The notes beneath the pieces are model-generated. The model saw only the letters and a list, made by a program, of their open reading frames with translations, searched no databases and was not told where the DNA came from. A DNA stretch of 64,000 bases from Alkalispirochaeta sp. (GTDB lineage: Bacteria > Spirochaetota > Spirochaetia > DSM-27196 > Alkalispirochaetaceae). A program made the translations under genes and the position numbers. The DNA lies in contig CBDESZ010000015.1 of assembly GCA_965242725.1 (NCBI GenBank), forward strand, positions 17,347 to 81,346. The letters run 5' to 3'. Positions within the stretch are counted from its first letter, which is position 1, and the number at the start of each line of letters is the position of its first letter. Positions 28,782 to 38,282 of this stretch are shown in pieces.

Positions 28782-29483
28782 CTAATGTGAAATCCACGCG
28801 GCGATATCGGATTCTTCAATCACTCCGTACTTTGCCCGGGTGCCGTGGACCATCGCCCAGTATTTGTCCCCGTATGACCAGTGCCACCATTCGGACGGGT
28901 AATTCACAAACCCCGCCGATTCCATGCACGTCTTGAGGAGCATTCGATTGGTACGCTGTACTGCCGTTATCAATTCCGAATCGAAATAGGTGCGATTGTC
29001 CGTGTCCCACGGTTCAGCGTTGAATTCGGTTCCCATGTCGAGGTCGATCATGTCCTGGTCCGAAATGGTGAGATCCAGTGCGGCACCGGTCGGATGCGGT
29101 GCGGTGGATAGGGGCGCGACGTACTGAGATGCAGCCATCTCAGCCTCCCGTCTGGAATGGGCGGAGTTCAGTTTCATTGTCGCACCGACCGCCTTCTCAA
29201 AGGATCGCGCCTGTTGCGAGGATGGACGGTACGCCTCCTTGATAACCAGGCGAAACTGATCCGGAAGGTTTGAAAGAGCCGTCGTCAGAAGGGCGGCGAC
29301 CGTTTCCCGGGCAAAGCAAAAATAACAGGACTCGTTTGCAATTTCCGAGCGGGTCTCGTCAATCACGATTCGGTCACCGAGACGGCGAAGATCGACCATC
29401 GTTTCGCCGTTTTCCTCAACCGGGATTGCGATAACCCGGGGGTCCCCAATCAGTACAATAGTCCCGTCGCCGGTGATACTCAT
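28782..29483 (-). CDS. D-Ala-D-Ala dipeptidase, peptidase M15 (VanX/DdpX-like)
   Basis: YRP, PH.TG.A.DL, LDMGT.F and EWWH.SYGD. Confidence 0.9.
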   Translation of the reverse strand: MSITGDGTIVLIGDPRVIAIPVEENGETMVDLRRLGDRIVIDETRSEIANESCYFCFARETVAALLTTALSNLPDQFRLVIKEAYRPSSQQARSFEKAVGATMKLNSAHSRREAEMAASQYVAPLSTAPHPTGAALDLTISDQDMIDLDMGTEFNAEPWDTDNRTYFDSELITAVQRTNRMLLKTCMESAGFVNYPSEWWHWSYGDKYWAMVHGTRAKYGVIEESDIAAWISH

Positions 29484-29585
29484 TCGTCCATTCTATCATC
29501 GACCGGTCCGCGGGAGGTAGATGGTGGTTTCCCCGTCGTATCCGTTGTACGTTTATTGAAGTCGATTGACGAAGAGAGGGATACA

Positions 29586-31121
29586 ATGATCGATAGACTG
29601 CCGTCATACGCCGTGCTTATTCCCGCACGGAAGAGAATAGTGATCAACCTCGTCGCGTTTATCGCGACGCTCTTTCTGACCTTCTATAACCAGCTCGTGT
29701 GCCCATTTCTCGACTCCCTTTCCTTTGTTGAGGAGTTCAGAAATCTGGCCGTCGTCTTTGTCTTCCAGATCGTTGTCCGGGAGGTCGCGTTGTATCTGGT
29801 CCGTCCTGCCGGCGGATCGGAGGCGCTCAATAAACGGTACTACCGGATACTGGTCCTTTCCTGGATCGCCGCAGGCGTAGCGGCGGCGGTTTTGCATGAG
29901 TTTTTTTATATAAACATCAATCCCGACGGTGTGTACCAGACCTTCCCCTGGAGGAGCGATTATCCCTGGCACAGCCACCTGAAGGTATTGAGCGGGTACT
30001 GGTTTCTCGGCGGCGGATTGATTACCCAACTTGAACTCACCATCGGTGAAAAGGAAATCCGAAAGTACATCGAGAAGAACGAGGGTACGCCGGACTACTT
30101 CGATGAACGAATCTCGACCCGGATCACCTGGGGCAATTTTTTCTACGCCTTTGTTCCCTCCATAACACTGCTCATCATGGTTGTACGTTACTCCGCCCAG
30201 GAAATGCTGATTCCCCTCGGCGTGGCGGCCGAAATTGCGTACATCGGAACCGTTTTTATCGCCGTCGCCCTTGCGGCGGCCGTGCTGTACGGCCGCATGC
30301 TGCGGGAGGACACGGCGCGGATCGTCGACATGCTCAAGACGATCGGGGAGGGCGATTTTACCAAACGCCTCTATCCCACCAGGCAGGATGAGCTCGGCAA
30401 GATCGCATCGGGTATCAATCGCATGGCGGAAGGGCTCGTGCAACGGGAGCGGATCAAGGAATCCTTCGGCTACTTTGTGTCGCCCGAGATCGCCGAGAAG
30501 TTCATCAGCCAGTATTCGAAGGGGAAGGATATGCGGAATCGCGGCGAACGGAGGAAAGTCGCCGTCCTCATGTGCGATATACGCAACTTTTCATCGATTT
30601 CGGAAAAACTCGATCCCTCGATCGTCACGGCAATGCTCAACAACTACTTCGACCATATGGTTGCGGCGATCCGGAAGCACGGCGGAATTGTCGATAAGTT
30701 CATCGGAGATGCGGTCATGGCAGTTTTCGGTCTTCTGGAGGACGACGAAAATCCGACGGCGTCAGCCGTTGAAGCGGCCCTGGAAATGAGATCCGCCCTC
30801 AGGGCGGCGAATCTCGCCGGCAGGGAACGGGGCTATCCCGCGATCAATAACGGAATAGGAATCCACTACGGCGATGTGATCGCCTCCTATCTGGGTAGCA
30901 CCGACCGCATCGAGTTCACAGTGATCGGATCCACCGTCAACACCGCGGCGCGCCTCGAGGCGCACGCCAAAAAACCGAACCCTCCCATCATCATCAGCAA
31001 GCGGGCCGCAGTCGAAATCAAAGGTTATTTCGGCGTGTCGGAAGTGGGAGAAGGGGAGCTCAAGGGAATCGGTGTTCAGAAGCTCTATACGATCAGAAGC
31101 AGGAAGAAACGGCGAGGGTGA
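29586..31121 (+). CDS. Membrane class III adenylate/guanylate cyclase with HAMP domain
   Basis: DIR.FS..SE, DKFIGDAVMAVFG, GIGIH.G and IG.TVN.AARLE. Confidence 0.93.
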   Translation: MIDRLPSYAVLIPARKRIVINLVAFIATLFLTFYNQLVCPFLDSLSFVEEFRNLAVVFVFQIVVREVALYLVRPAGGSEALNKRYYRILVLSWIAAGVAAAVLHEFFYININPDGVYQTFPWRSDYPWHSHLKVLSGYWFLGGGLITQLELTIGEKEIRKYIEKNEGTPDYFDERISTRITWGNFFYAFVPSITLLIMVVRYSAQEMLIPLGVAAEIAYIGTVFIAVALAAAVLYGRMLREDTARIVDMLKTIGEGDFTKRLYPTRQDELGKIASGINRMAEGLVQRERIKESFGYFVSPEIAEKFISQYSKGKDMRNRGERRKVAVLMCDIRNFSSISEKLDPSIVTAMLNNYFDHMVAAIRKHGGIVDKFIGDAVMAVFGLLEDDENPTASAVEAALEMRSALRAANLAGRERGYPAINNGIGIHYGDVIASYLGSTDRIEFTVIGSTVNTAARLEAHAKKPNPPIIISKRAAVEIKGYFGVSEVGEGELKGIGVQKLYTIRSRKKRRG

Positions 31122-31371
31122 GGTGAGAGGGTGTCGCTCCGGGTCTCGATCTTCGATCGCTGTATGGGTCTTGTGTCCACGACACATAGACATGAGTTGC
31201 GTGTCTCCATATTGTGAGCACCTCCGAATGATTTCTACGATACGTTTCGACGATCGCCTCCGACGGGGAGGGGAAAAATGAGTGAATAGGACGAAAGTAA
31301 CAATGTTGTTCGGAGGGTTTGCAGGAAGAAATAAAAATTGACACCCGCCCAATAAAATACAATAATTTAAT

Positions 31372-32010
31372 ATGAATTCATTCTTAGCAACTATCTCTAA
31401 ATTTACCCAAAATCGAATTTATGGCATTGTAGGAACACTTCTCGTCCTTTCAACTCTCATCGGCTGCGGCATGCCGGGCGACGACGGGGATTCCTACGTA
31501 GCCTATTCTTGGGCGGTCGGGCCGTTCAGTTTCTATAGCACCGATCCGGCGTTTTCGGGGCGGTCGTTTATAGGTAACAATACGTATTACAAGTCGGATG
31601 AGGGAACGTGGTACATGGAGTACCAATCATGGGACGAATCCTTATGGTGGGCGGAATACGAAGTCTATCGGGAAGAAGGCAAGGACGGCGCACTGTTTAC
31701 GGACGGGTCTGACGGAGACGACCTTTACTTCGAGATTTCGTGCCTCTCGTCTGGACCGAGTCTCTATATATGGGATAGACCATATGGAGGTTGGGTCGTT
31801 TCGAGTGGGGTGAAGTCCGAGGCAATTGCAGTTATTGGGGCAAAAGGTACGACGGAGGGGTCACTTCCGGAGGACGACGAAAATATATCGGTTGTGACGA
31901 ACAACGAAAAGCGACTGAGTATCGGACGTGAGAGAGGTGAAGCCGTCGGACCGGAAAGCGTCAGGGTCGGGAACGCAGTTTTTACGATAACCTACGGCAG
32001 GATCGAGTAG
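31372..32010 (+). CDS. Hypothetical lipoprotein
   Basis: Lipobox LIGC; aromatic and acidic body; TTGACA promoter upstream at 31338. Confidence 0.7.
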   Translation: MNSFLATISKFTQNRIYGIVGTLLVLSTLIGCGMPGDDGDSYVAYSWAVGPFSFYSTDPAFSGRSFIGNNTYYKSDEGTWYMEYQSWDESLWWAEYEVYREEGKDGALFTDGSDGDDLYFEISCLSSGPSLYIWDRPYGGWVVSSGVKSEAIAVIGAKGTTEGSLPEDDENISVVTNNEKRLSIGRERGEAVGPESVRVGNAVFTITYGRIE

Positions 32011-32080
32011 AATGAAACAGGGAACGAATATTGCGATTGTGTCTGTTGCGGAAACCGTTCGTGAAGGAAAGGAGTGACCA

Positions 32081-32686
32081 ATGAGAGTGAAGCGATTTGC
32101 CTTGACGGTTGGAGTGGCGATCTTTCTTGCGGGCACGGTGTTCGGACAGACCGGGGGGCGCGGGCTGATGTTGTTCGGCGGATTGGGGTTTGCGGGAATT
32201 GAGTACCAGAGCGACGTCCAGGAATACGTCGATATCATCGAGGACAATAGCGGCGTCGATCGGTTCAAGATGCATCTGAACCTCGGAATCGGTATTGCGG
32301 TGTCGCAACGAACGTACCTGACGGGATCGATGAACGGATACAGCGATATTTTCACCTATTCCGATTCGCAGGTTGATGAAGAACTTCAGATCGCTTTCGT
32401 GAATCTCGGTCTGGGTTTACGGTTTTATCCAAACGTGACGGGAGTCGTGACTGGATTTGACATCGGACCGGCGGGGGCGGTGAGCACCTTTGACGCAAGT
32501 TATCTTGACGAGGAGATCACATCGGAATCGGACGAAGGTCTCGGCTTCGGTATTATGCTGGGATATGACTTTGCGAGCCGGCCGACGGGCTTTTCCGCCT
32601 TGGTCGGAGCGAGGGCGGATTTCATGGAGGTTGACGGCGAGATGAATACCTTTGGCTCGATCTTCCTGGATCTCGTCTTCAAATAG
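32081..32686 (+). CDS. Hypothetical small outer-membrane beta-barrel protein
   Basis: Signal peptide, about eight amphipathic strands, AAGGAG RBS. Confidence 0.72.
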   Translation: MRVKRFALTVGVAIFLAGTVFGQTGGRGLMLFGGLGFAGIEYQSDVQEYVDIIEDNSGVDRFKMHLNLGIGIAVSQRTYLTGSMNGYSDIFTYSDSQVDEELQIAFVNLGLGLRFYPNVTGVVTGFDIGPAGAVSTFDASYLDEEITSESDEGLGFGIMLGYDFASRPTGFSALVGARADFMEVDGEMNTFGSIFLDLVFK

Positions 32687-32877
32687 AACATTGCCGCTCT
32701 TCTTTGAATGCGAAGAGGATGAATGAAGACTTTCTCCGAAACCGAGTGTCTTTGTGGCATGTCGATCTCAGAGCCGAACATAGCACGCCCCGGATTCCGA
32801 AAGGATTACCGCGACGGGGAGATTCCGATTGATCCTATCCGGAAGGACGGGGAGGAGCGAAATGTGATACTGCCTGT

Positions 32878-33501
32878 TCAACGCGAAGCCTGTACCGGCC
32901 GCATTTGCGCGACTGCCAGATAGCTCGCCGCAACGGTGATTCCACCGGCCACGGAGCCAATGATATTGGCGACGGCACCGCCGGATGAATATGCAATCGC
33001 GTTGAAGTCGTTCTTCGCTCCAAGCAGGTAGGCGATGTAGTTATTCAAAACATCGAATGCCGGCGACGCAATCAGCACCGTGAAAAGAACTCCCGACAGA
33101 ATCGCCGATCGTCGGATCGACGGGTACTTGAGCATAAGGACTCCAAGGGCGACGAAAAGAACGTCCGTGAGATAGGGAAAGGCCACAATTATGAGCTCCG
33201 CTCGTGGTCCCGAGTATTGGGTGGTGATGTGCCCGCCGTCGAGTTCTCCGCTGAAGATACGCGGAAAGAGCTGAATCTCACTGACCCGTTCACCGAGAAA
33301 CCATGCGGGAAGAAGGTGCCGCAGTTCATGAATCATACTATAGGTGGCATACCAAACGACGTAGATGGAGACGACGTACAGGAATAAACGCGCTGTTCCG
33401 ATATTCATTCGGCGGAATACGAGGATGAGCGGCAGGACGATCACGAGGGCGATTTCAATTGTGGTGATCAAAAGGCTTGTTGCCGGTGTCAGGGTCATCA
33501 T
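32878..33501 (-). CDS. Membrane protein with HExxH motif (M50-like peptidase)
   Basis: IHELRH, A.PY and NDF motifs in a hydrophobic ORF. Confidence 0.62.
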   Translation of the reverse strand: MMTLTPATSLLITTIEIALVIVLPLILVFRRMNIGTARLFLYVVSIYVVWYATYSMIHELRHLLPAWFLGERVSEIQLFPRIFSGELDGGHITTQYSGPRAELIIVAFPYLTDVLFVALGVLMLKYPSIRRSAILSGVLFTVLIASPAFDVLNNYIAYLLGAKNDFNAIAYSSGGAVANIIGSVAGGITVAASYLAVAQMRPVQASR

Positions 33502-33848
33502 GAGAGCCCGTTGAACCGGCGGCCGTGTCGCCAGCTTATCAGAAATGAGCCGCCGATGATGAGCAATGGAATTGTGATGATCCAGCTCTCGCCGCCGCTC
33601 ATGAGGAAAAACGCCAACCCGAAGGCAAAGAAGAGGACCGACCCGACGAACGGACGTCGCCATGCAATGACAAGGGCAACGACGACGATCACGGTCGGTA
33701 CCATGTGAATCAGCCATGCAATCGGCACTTCCCACCAGCGCAAGGCCGGGTCGAATACGTCGAAAGTAAAAAGCCCCAAAAAGGCGGCGAACAGCACGCC
33801 GAGAACTCTCGGTGTCCAGAGGAAAATATCCTTCCCGGTGAGTTTCAT
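33498..33848 (-). CDS. Small four-TM hypothetical membrane protein
   Basis: W.PR.L….F..LF..DVF…H..P; ATGA overlap with the next gene. Confidence 0.72.
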   Translation of the reverse strand: MKLTGKDIFLWTPRVLGVLFAAFLGLFTFDVFDPALRWWEVPIAWLIHMVPTVIVVVALVIAWRRPFVGSVLFFAFGLAFFLMSGGESWIITIPLLIIGGSFLISWRHGRRFNGLS

Positions 33849-33951
33849 CGCGATACTCCCATGGCGACCTGTGTGAATCGACCTGTCTAGTATACCATCT
33901 ATGCCCAATGAACGACCGGGAATCGCCCGGGACAAGGGGACATACACACCG

Positions 33952-34455
33952 ATGATCGAAACTGAACGATTGCTGCTGCGGGAGTTTGACGATTCGGATT
34001 CCGCATTCATTATTGAACTGTTGAACGATCCGGCCTGGATAGAGAACATCGGCGACAAACATGTAAGGACGGAGACCGACGCAGTCGCGTATCTCAGGAA
34101 CGGACCGATCACCAGCTACCGCACCAATGGATTCGGTTTACTCGCGGTTGCGTTGAAACGGGACGGGTTCATTATCGGTACCTGCGGTCTGATCAAACGG
34201 CCCGGCCTGGATGACGTCGATATCGGTTTTGCCTTTCTTCCCGCGTATCGCGGGAAGGGATACGCCCTCGAGGCATCGATGGCCGTATTGGATGCTGCCG
34301 TATCCGTCCACAACCTCCGGCGGGTTCTGGCAATAGTCCTGCCGGAAAATATTGCATCGATACGACTTGTCGAACGACTCGGAATGGCTTTCGACAGGAT
34401 GGTTGTGTTACCCGGTGATTCGACACCACTTGCATGTTACTCCATCGAGCTGTAG
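33952..34455 (+). CDS. GNAT N-acetyltransferase (RimJ/RimL type)
   Basis: IETERL.LR, DIGFAFLP.Y.GKGYA.E and N.AS.RL..RLG. An alternative start at 33901 is possible. Confidence 0.92.
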   Translation: MIETERLLLREFDDSDSAFIIELLNDPAWIENIGDKHVRTETDAVAYLRNGPITSYRTNGFGLLAVALKRDGFIIGTCGLIKRPGLDDVDIGFAFLPAYRGKGYALEASMAVLDAAVSVHNLRRVLAIVLPENIASIRLVERLGMAFDRMVVLPGDSTPLACYSIEL

Positions 34456-34485
34456 CCGTTCCGCTTTTCTGAAAACACCGGGACG

Positions 34486-34539
34486 TTGCACGTCCGTCGC
34501 ATCCCAACGATCAGCGCTGCTTCGTCGCGAGGCGTGCAA
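34486..34539. terminator. Long imperfect hairpin between convergent genes
   Basis: TTGCACG…TCGC / GCGA…CGTGCAA arms with an inner CAGCGCTG palindrome. Confidence 0.5.
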
Positions 34540-34542
34540 TTC

Positions 34543-34941
34543 TCACGGCAGCTCATCGTATTTCGGAATATGTTCGAGATTATCATCCCAGTTTGCCTTT
34601 TCTTTCATATATATATGACCGGCAGGAGTAATATCAATTTCCGTATCAAGACTTCCGGCAGGAACAACCAATAACGTTCCATCCATTTGGATATTCGGCA
34701 CTGCGGAACTGCAATTCGGGCAGAATGCCTTTATGTGACCGGAATTTTGATAATTGAATATTCTGACGTCATGTTCTCCTTTTAACCATTTTAAAGTTGC
34801 CGTAGAAGAAAACAGATTCGCCGCATGTACGGAACCCGTATCTTTTCTGCACGATCTACAATGACATAAAAAGAAATTCTCAAAGACTCCATCTATTTCA
34901 TAGTGAATGTTGCCGCATAAACATGAACCAGAATATTTCAC
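34543..34941 (-). CDS. GFA family protein (glutathione-dependent formaldehyde-activating, Zn-binding)
   Basis: GSCLCG, CHC..C and FC..C motifs; GTG start after GGAGG; AT-rich. Confidence 0.9.
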   Translation of the reverse strand: MKYSGSCLCGNIHYEIDGVFENFFLCHCRSCRKDTGSVHAANLFSSTATLKWLKGEHDVRIFNYQNSGHIKAFCPNCSSAVPNIQMDGTLLVVPAGSLDTEIDITPAGHIYMKEKANWDDNLEHIPKYDELP

Positions 34942-35032
34942 TTTACCTCCCTTTCGCCCATTAACGTCACATTTTTCGTTTTCTCGTATATTGAACTTCG
35001 TCACATGGAGATTTATGTCACGGTATCCGCAT

Positions 35033-35170
35033 TTGCACCAACCGGCACATGACGCGTGCGAGCCTGGCACAAGTCATGTGCCGAATTCGCACAAAGCATG
35101 CGCCATTCCGGCACAAAGCATGTGCCATCGTGCCGACATGAAGGGGACCATACATAACCCGTCGGTGCAA
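35033..35170. repeat. Inverted-repeat-bounded element containing four 22-bp palindromic units
   Basis: GCAC-N7-G(T/C)GC at 35045, 35067, 35089 and 35111; ends TTGCACCAACCGG / CCCGTCGGTGCAA match 11/13. Confidence 0.7.
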
Positions 35171-35242
35171 TAAAGGTTGTATCTGTTCCCGCTTGTGTGT
35201 TCCTGCCGACGCTGAGCGGACAGCCCGGACGGGCGTTCCCGG

Positions 35243-35734
35243 TCAGGACCGGGGTACCAGGAGCCAGACGCCGAGTGCCATCGCCGCAACGCCCGCGATT
35301 CGCCGGAGATCAATCGTCACCGCGGTACCGCCGGCGCCGCCGAAATGGTCGATAACCATGCCCAGGACAAGCTGGGAGAGGATGATTGCAGAGAGGCCCG
35401 CCGTCACACCCGCCCCCTGAACGGAATAGGAAACGCCGACAATTATCGCGATTCCGAGAAGGCCGGCGACAACGATCCAGGTGACCACCTGCGGCGTCTG
35501 AGCGGTACGCCCGGACAAGATAAGGAGTCCGGCATCGACACGTCCCGCGAAACGTACGAGGGCTGCGACCAGCACGATCACGACGGCGATGGTTCCTCCC
35601 GCCGTGTTCACCATGAGACCGGTGCGGAGCGGCCCGATGACCGCGCCGGCGCGTCCGGTCAATGTCGACTGGACGGCGATTGCCGTCCCCGTCGCCAGGG
35701 CAGCGAGAACCGCCGCAAGTACCCGTACCGTCAC
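35243..35734 (-). CDS. DMT family transporter (YdcZ-like)
   Basis: G…A.Q…., G..G and QL…..IDHFG motifs. Confidence 0.85.
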   Translation of the reverse strand: MTVRVLAAVLAALATGTAIAVQSTLTGRAGAVIGPLRTGLMVNTAGGTIAVVIVLVAALVRFAGRVDAGLLILSGRTAQTPQVVTWIVVAGLLGIAIIVGVSYSVQGAGVTAGLSAIILSQLVLGMVIDHFGGAGGTAVTIDLRRIAGVAAMALGVWLLVPRS

Positions 35735-36387
35735 GGACGTGCCCCTTTGTCACACACCACCACCCACGAGAGATCGGAAAATCTCTTCCATTGCGCCGTC
35801 CAGCCGCTCCGATGAAGCATCTTGGTACTCTCCTCCACATTCCAGAAAAACTCGTCTTCCATATCATCGGCAAGGCCGGGACAGGAATCGCGGTTGGCCG
35901 CCAGAATTCGGAGCCGGTCCTCTTCGTTTCGGTACATCAGATCGCCTGCGATAACCCGCGTCCCGCCGTCCGTCTTTTCCCTGAGGGTGCGGAAGAGGTG
36001 CTCCCGCTCGAGCGCGGTGAGGTGGTGGAGGGCGTAGGAGGAGACGACGGCGTCATATCCGGCGAGCTCCCGTTCCGTCACAAAGGCGAGGATGTCATCC
36101 CTCACCAGGGTGACTGCACGGCCGGCAAGCTTTGCCTCGGCAAGGGCGAGCATGCGCTCCGATACGTCCACGCCGGTGACCACCGCGTCGGCGGGGAGGC
36201 GGAGGATGGTGTTTCCCGTCCCGGTGCCAAGATCGAGGACGCGGCTGCCCGGTTTGATCCGGGAACCGATGCAGGTAAGGACCCGGGAATACCCCGTCCG
36301 TATGGGATTGCCCTCATTCCGTACGTCCCCGTCATACTCCGGTGCGTCGCCGTCATGGTTGAAGTAGTCGGCATACTCGCTTCTCAT
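35731..36387 (-). CDS. Class I SAM-dependent methyltransferase
   Basis: VLDLGTGTG, GVD.S..ML and S.YALHHL. Confidence 0.9.
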   Translation of the reverse strand: MRSEYADYFNHDGDAPEYDGDVRNEGNPIRTGYSRVLTCIGSRIKPGSRVLDLGTGTGNTILRLPADAVVTGVDVSERMLALAEAKLAGRAVTLVRDDILAFVTERELAGYDAVVSSYALHHLTALEREHLFRTLREKTDGGTRVIAGDLMYRNEEDRLRILAANRDSCPGLADDMEDEFFWNVEESTKMLHRSGWTAQWKRFSDLSWVVVCDKGARP

Positions 36388-37058
36388 CGCTCCACCGGTG
36401 AAAGTATGAATCCCCTGATGACAAGATGCAACGCCAGGATGATCTCACCCAGCGCAGTCGGTGCGTTGAGGGCAAAGTAGGGCACCGATACGAGCGGGAC
36501 CGCTTCGACCATATAGAGCAGCGTGGCACCCATCGTCAGGACGGCGGCGGCGACCCCCCACAGAGAGATCCACCGGGGAATCAGGCGGGACTTCAGAAAG
36601 GATGCGTAGAGAAGGAAGGTGCCGACGGTCCAGGGCAGGATGACGGTGATGTGGTTAAGGGCGTCCCGGCCGTGCCGCAGAAGCGCACCGGTCACATCCA
36701 TATAGCTCGCCGTAGCAGAATCGGCCCCGGAAATTGCGCGCGCCAGCGTCAGGAAGAGAAGAAGCGTGGCGATACCGGCAAAGAGGAAGATCGCCCCTGT
36801 GGCGCGGAAGACGAGATACGCCCGCGCCGCATGCCGGCCCAGGACGCCGACAAGGGGAGTGGTGATGACCGCGATCGTCACATAGAGGACCGCCATCACC
36901 GCCTGAAAGAAGACCGCCCGGAGAATTTCTCCTTCCAGGGAAGGGAGCCGCATGAGATAGTCCGCCTTTTCCAGGGCGGGGACGGAACTGAATATCCCCG
37001 CTCCCATGGAGGCGATCAGGAGAATGCCGAAGGCGACGGCTGTTCGTCTCGATATCAT
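36384..37058 (-). CDS. DUF4386 family membrane protein
   Basis: S.LIPRWIS.WG and E..L…L..RGF motifs. Confidence 0.8.
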   Translation of the reverse strand: MISRRTAVAFGILLIASMGAGIFSSVPALEKADYLMRLPSLEGEILRAVFFQAVMAVLYVTIAVITTPLVGVLGRHAARAYLVFRATGAIFLFAGIATLLLFLTLARAISGADSATASYMDVTGALLRHGRDALNHITVILPWTVGTFLLYASFLKSRLIPRWISLWGVAAAVLTMGATLLYMVEAVPLVSVPYFALNAPTALGEIILALHLVIRGFILSPVER

Positions 37059-37071
37059 TTCACACCTTCCC

Positions 37072-38175
37072 CTAAAACTGCGGTCCCAGGAGTTCCGAGA
37101 GCCCTTCCAGAAGGGGCACCATCCTGCCGCTGTTGGTGAAGACCACCAGCCCGTACGACTCCTCTGGAACGAACATCGCGTAGGACTGAAAGTCGTGGTT
37201 GTTGCCGGTATGGAGGTGCATCGTCCACCGGGGCGTTCGCTTTTGCGCAAAGCCGAGGCCCCAGCCGGTCTGCCCCACCTCCACCTGCAGGGGGTTGTCC
37301 GCGGCAAAGCGCGTCTCTTCGCGGAGCATTGCATCAAAGGTGTCCTCTTCCAGTCCCTCCCGCTTCAGCATGGCGACAATGAACCGGGCGTACTCGGACG
37401 CCTCGCTGTGGAGGCTTGAAAAGGCGTTAAAGGTCTCGCCGTTCCATCCTCCCTCGGCGGGGCTTTTTTGGGTCGGATTGCCCTCTTCATCGTGACCGTA
37501 CACCTTGTGAGCCTGGAGATAGTCGTCCCAGATGAAGGTTGTGTGAGTCATGAGCAGAGGCCGGGTAACGGTTTCCCGGAAGAGGTTGTTGAGCTCCGCG
37601 CCGAGGTCCGTCCCCGTCAGCGATGCGATGACCGCCGCGAGATACTGATAGGCTTCACCGGAGTAGCCAAAGCCCGTACCCGGCTGAAAGGCGAGGGTGA
37701 TGGGCTCACCGAAGGAGTGGTTGGGAAAGCCCGTCTGATGGGCCAGAACCATGCGCGCCGTAATCGCCTTGGACGCCTCCCGCGACGCCGGAGCTATGCC
37801 GGGGTGGGGAAGGTATTCATGGAGGGACCGATCCAGATCGAGCACGCCCTCCTCGACGAGCTTCAGCGCAAAGTAGGCGAAGATCGGTTTTGAAAGGGAT
37901 GCACCCTCAAAGACGCTTTGGTCATCCACGGTCTCACCTGTTTCCGCGTTACCCACTCCCAGCGCCGCGTGATAGGCGATCTCGTTATCGTTGATAACGG
38001 CAATAGAAAGACCGGGGATCTCCTCCCGGCGCATGATCTCCAGGATCTCCGCCGTGAGGGCGGAGGCGGTGAGCGTCCCTCCGTCGAGGGTGTTCACGCG
38101 GGGCTCTTCCGCAGGGGCCGCGGCGGCCGCGACGGCCAGGATTATCAGGAACAGTAGCGGTTTTGTCGGTTTCAC
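37072..38175 (-). CDS. Serine hydrolase, beta-lactamase/AmpC-like family
   Basis: Signal peptide; SLSK (SxxK), H.TG, YSG and HTG motifs. Confidence 0.9.
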   Translation of the reverse strand: MKPTKPLLFLIILAVAAAAAPAEEPRVNTLDGGTLTASALTAEILEIMRREEIPGLSIAVINDNEIAYHAALGVGNAETGETVDDQSVFEGASLSKPIFAYFALKLVEEGVLDLDRSLHEYLPHPGIAPASREASKAITARMVLAHQTGFPNHSFGEPITLAFQPGTGFGYSGEAYQYLAAVIASLTGTDLGAELNNLFRETVTRPLLMTHTTFIWDDYLQAHKVYGHDEEGNPTQKSPAEGGWNGETFNAFSSLHSEASEYARFIVAMLKREGLEEDTFDAMLREETRFAADNPLQVEVGQTGWGLGFAQKRTPRWTMHLHTGNNHDFQSYAMFVPEESYGLVVFTNSGRMVPLLEGLSELLGPQF

Positions 38176-38282
38176 AACGTATCGTCTCTCCCCGCCGCGC
38201 CCGATCTCCGGCACGGCTCATTAGAATGTGTAGGGGAGAGTATCGAATCGGTTGAGAGGTGAATTGTAAAAAAGGGACATTC

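Noticed and set aside
35045..35132. CRISPR array
   Set aside because: The period is only 22 bp, there are no unique spacers, and no cas genes are present.
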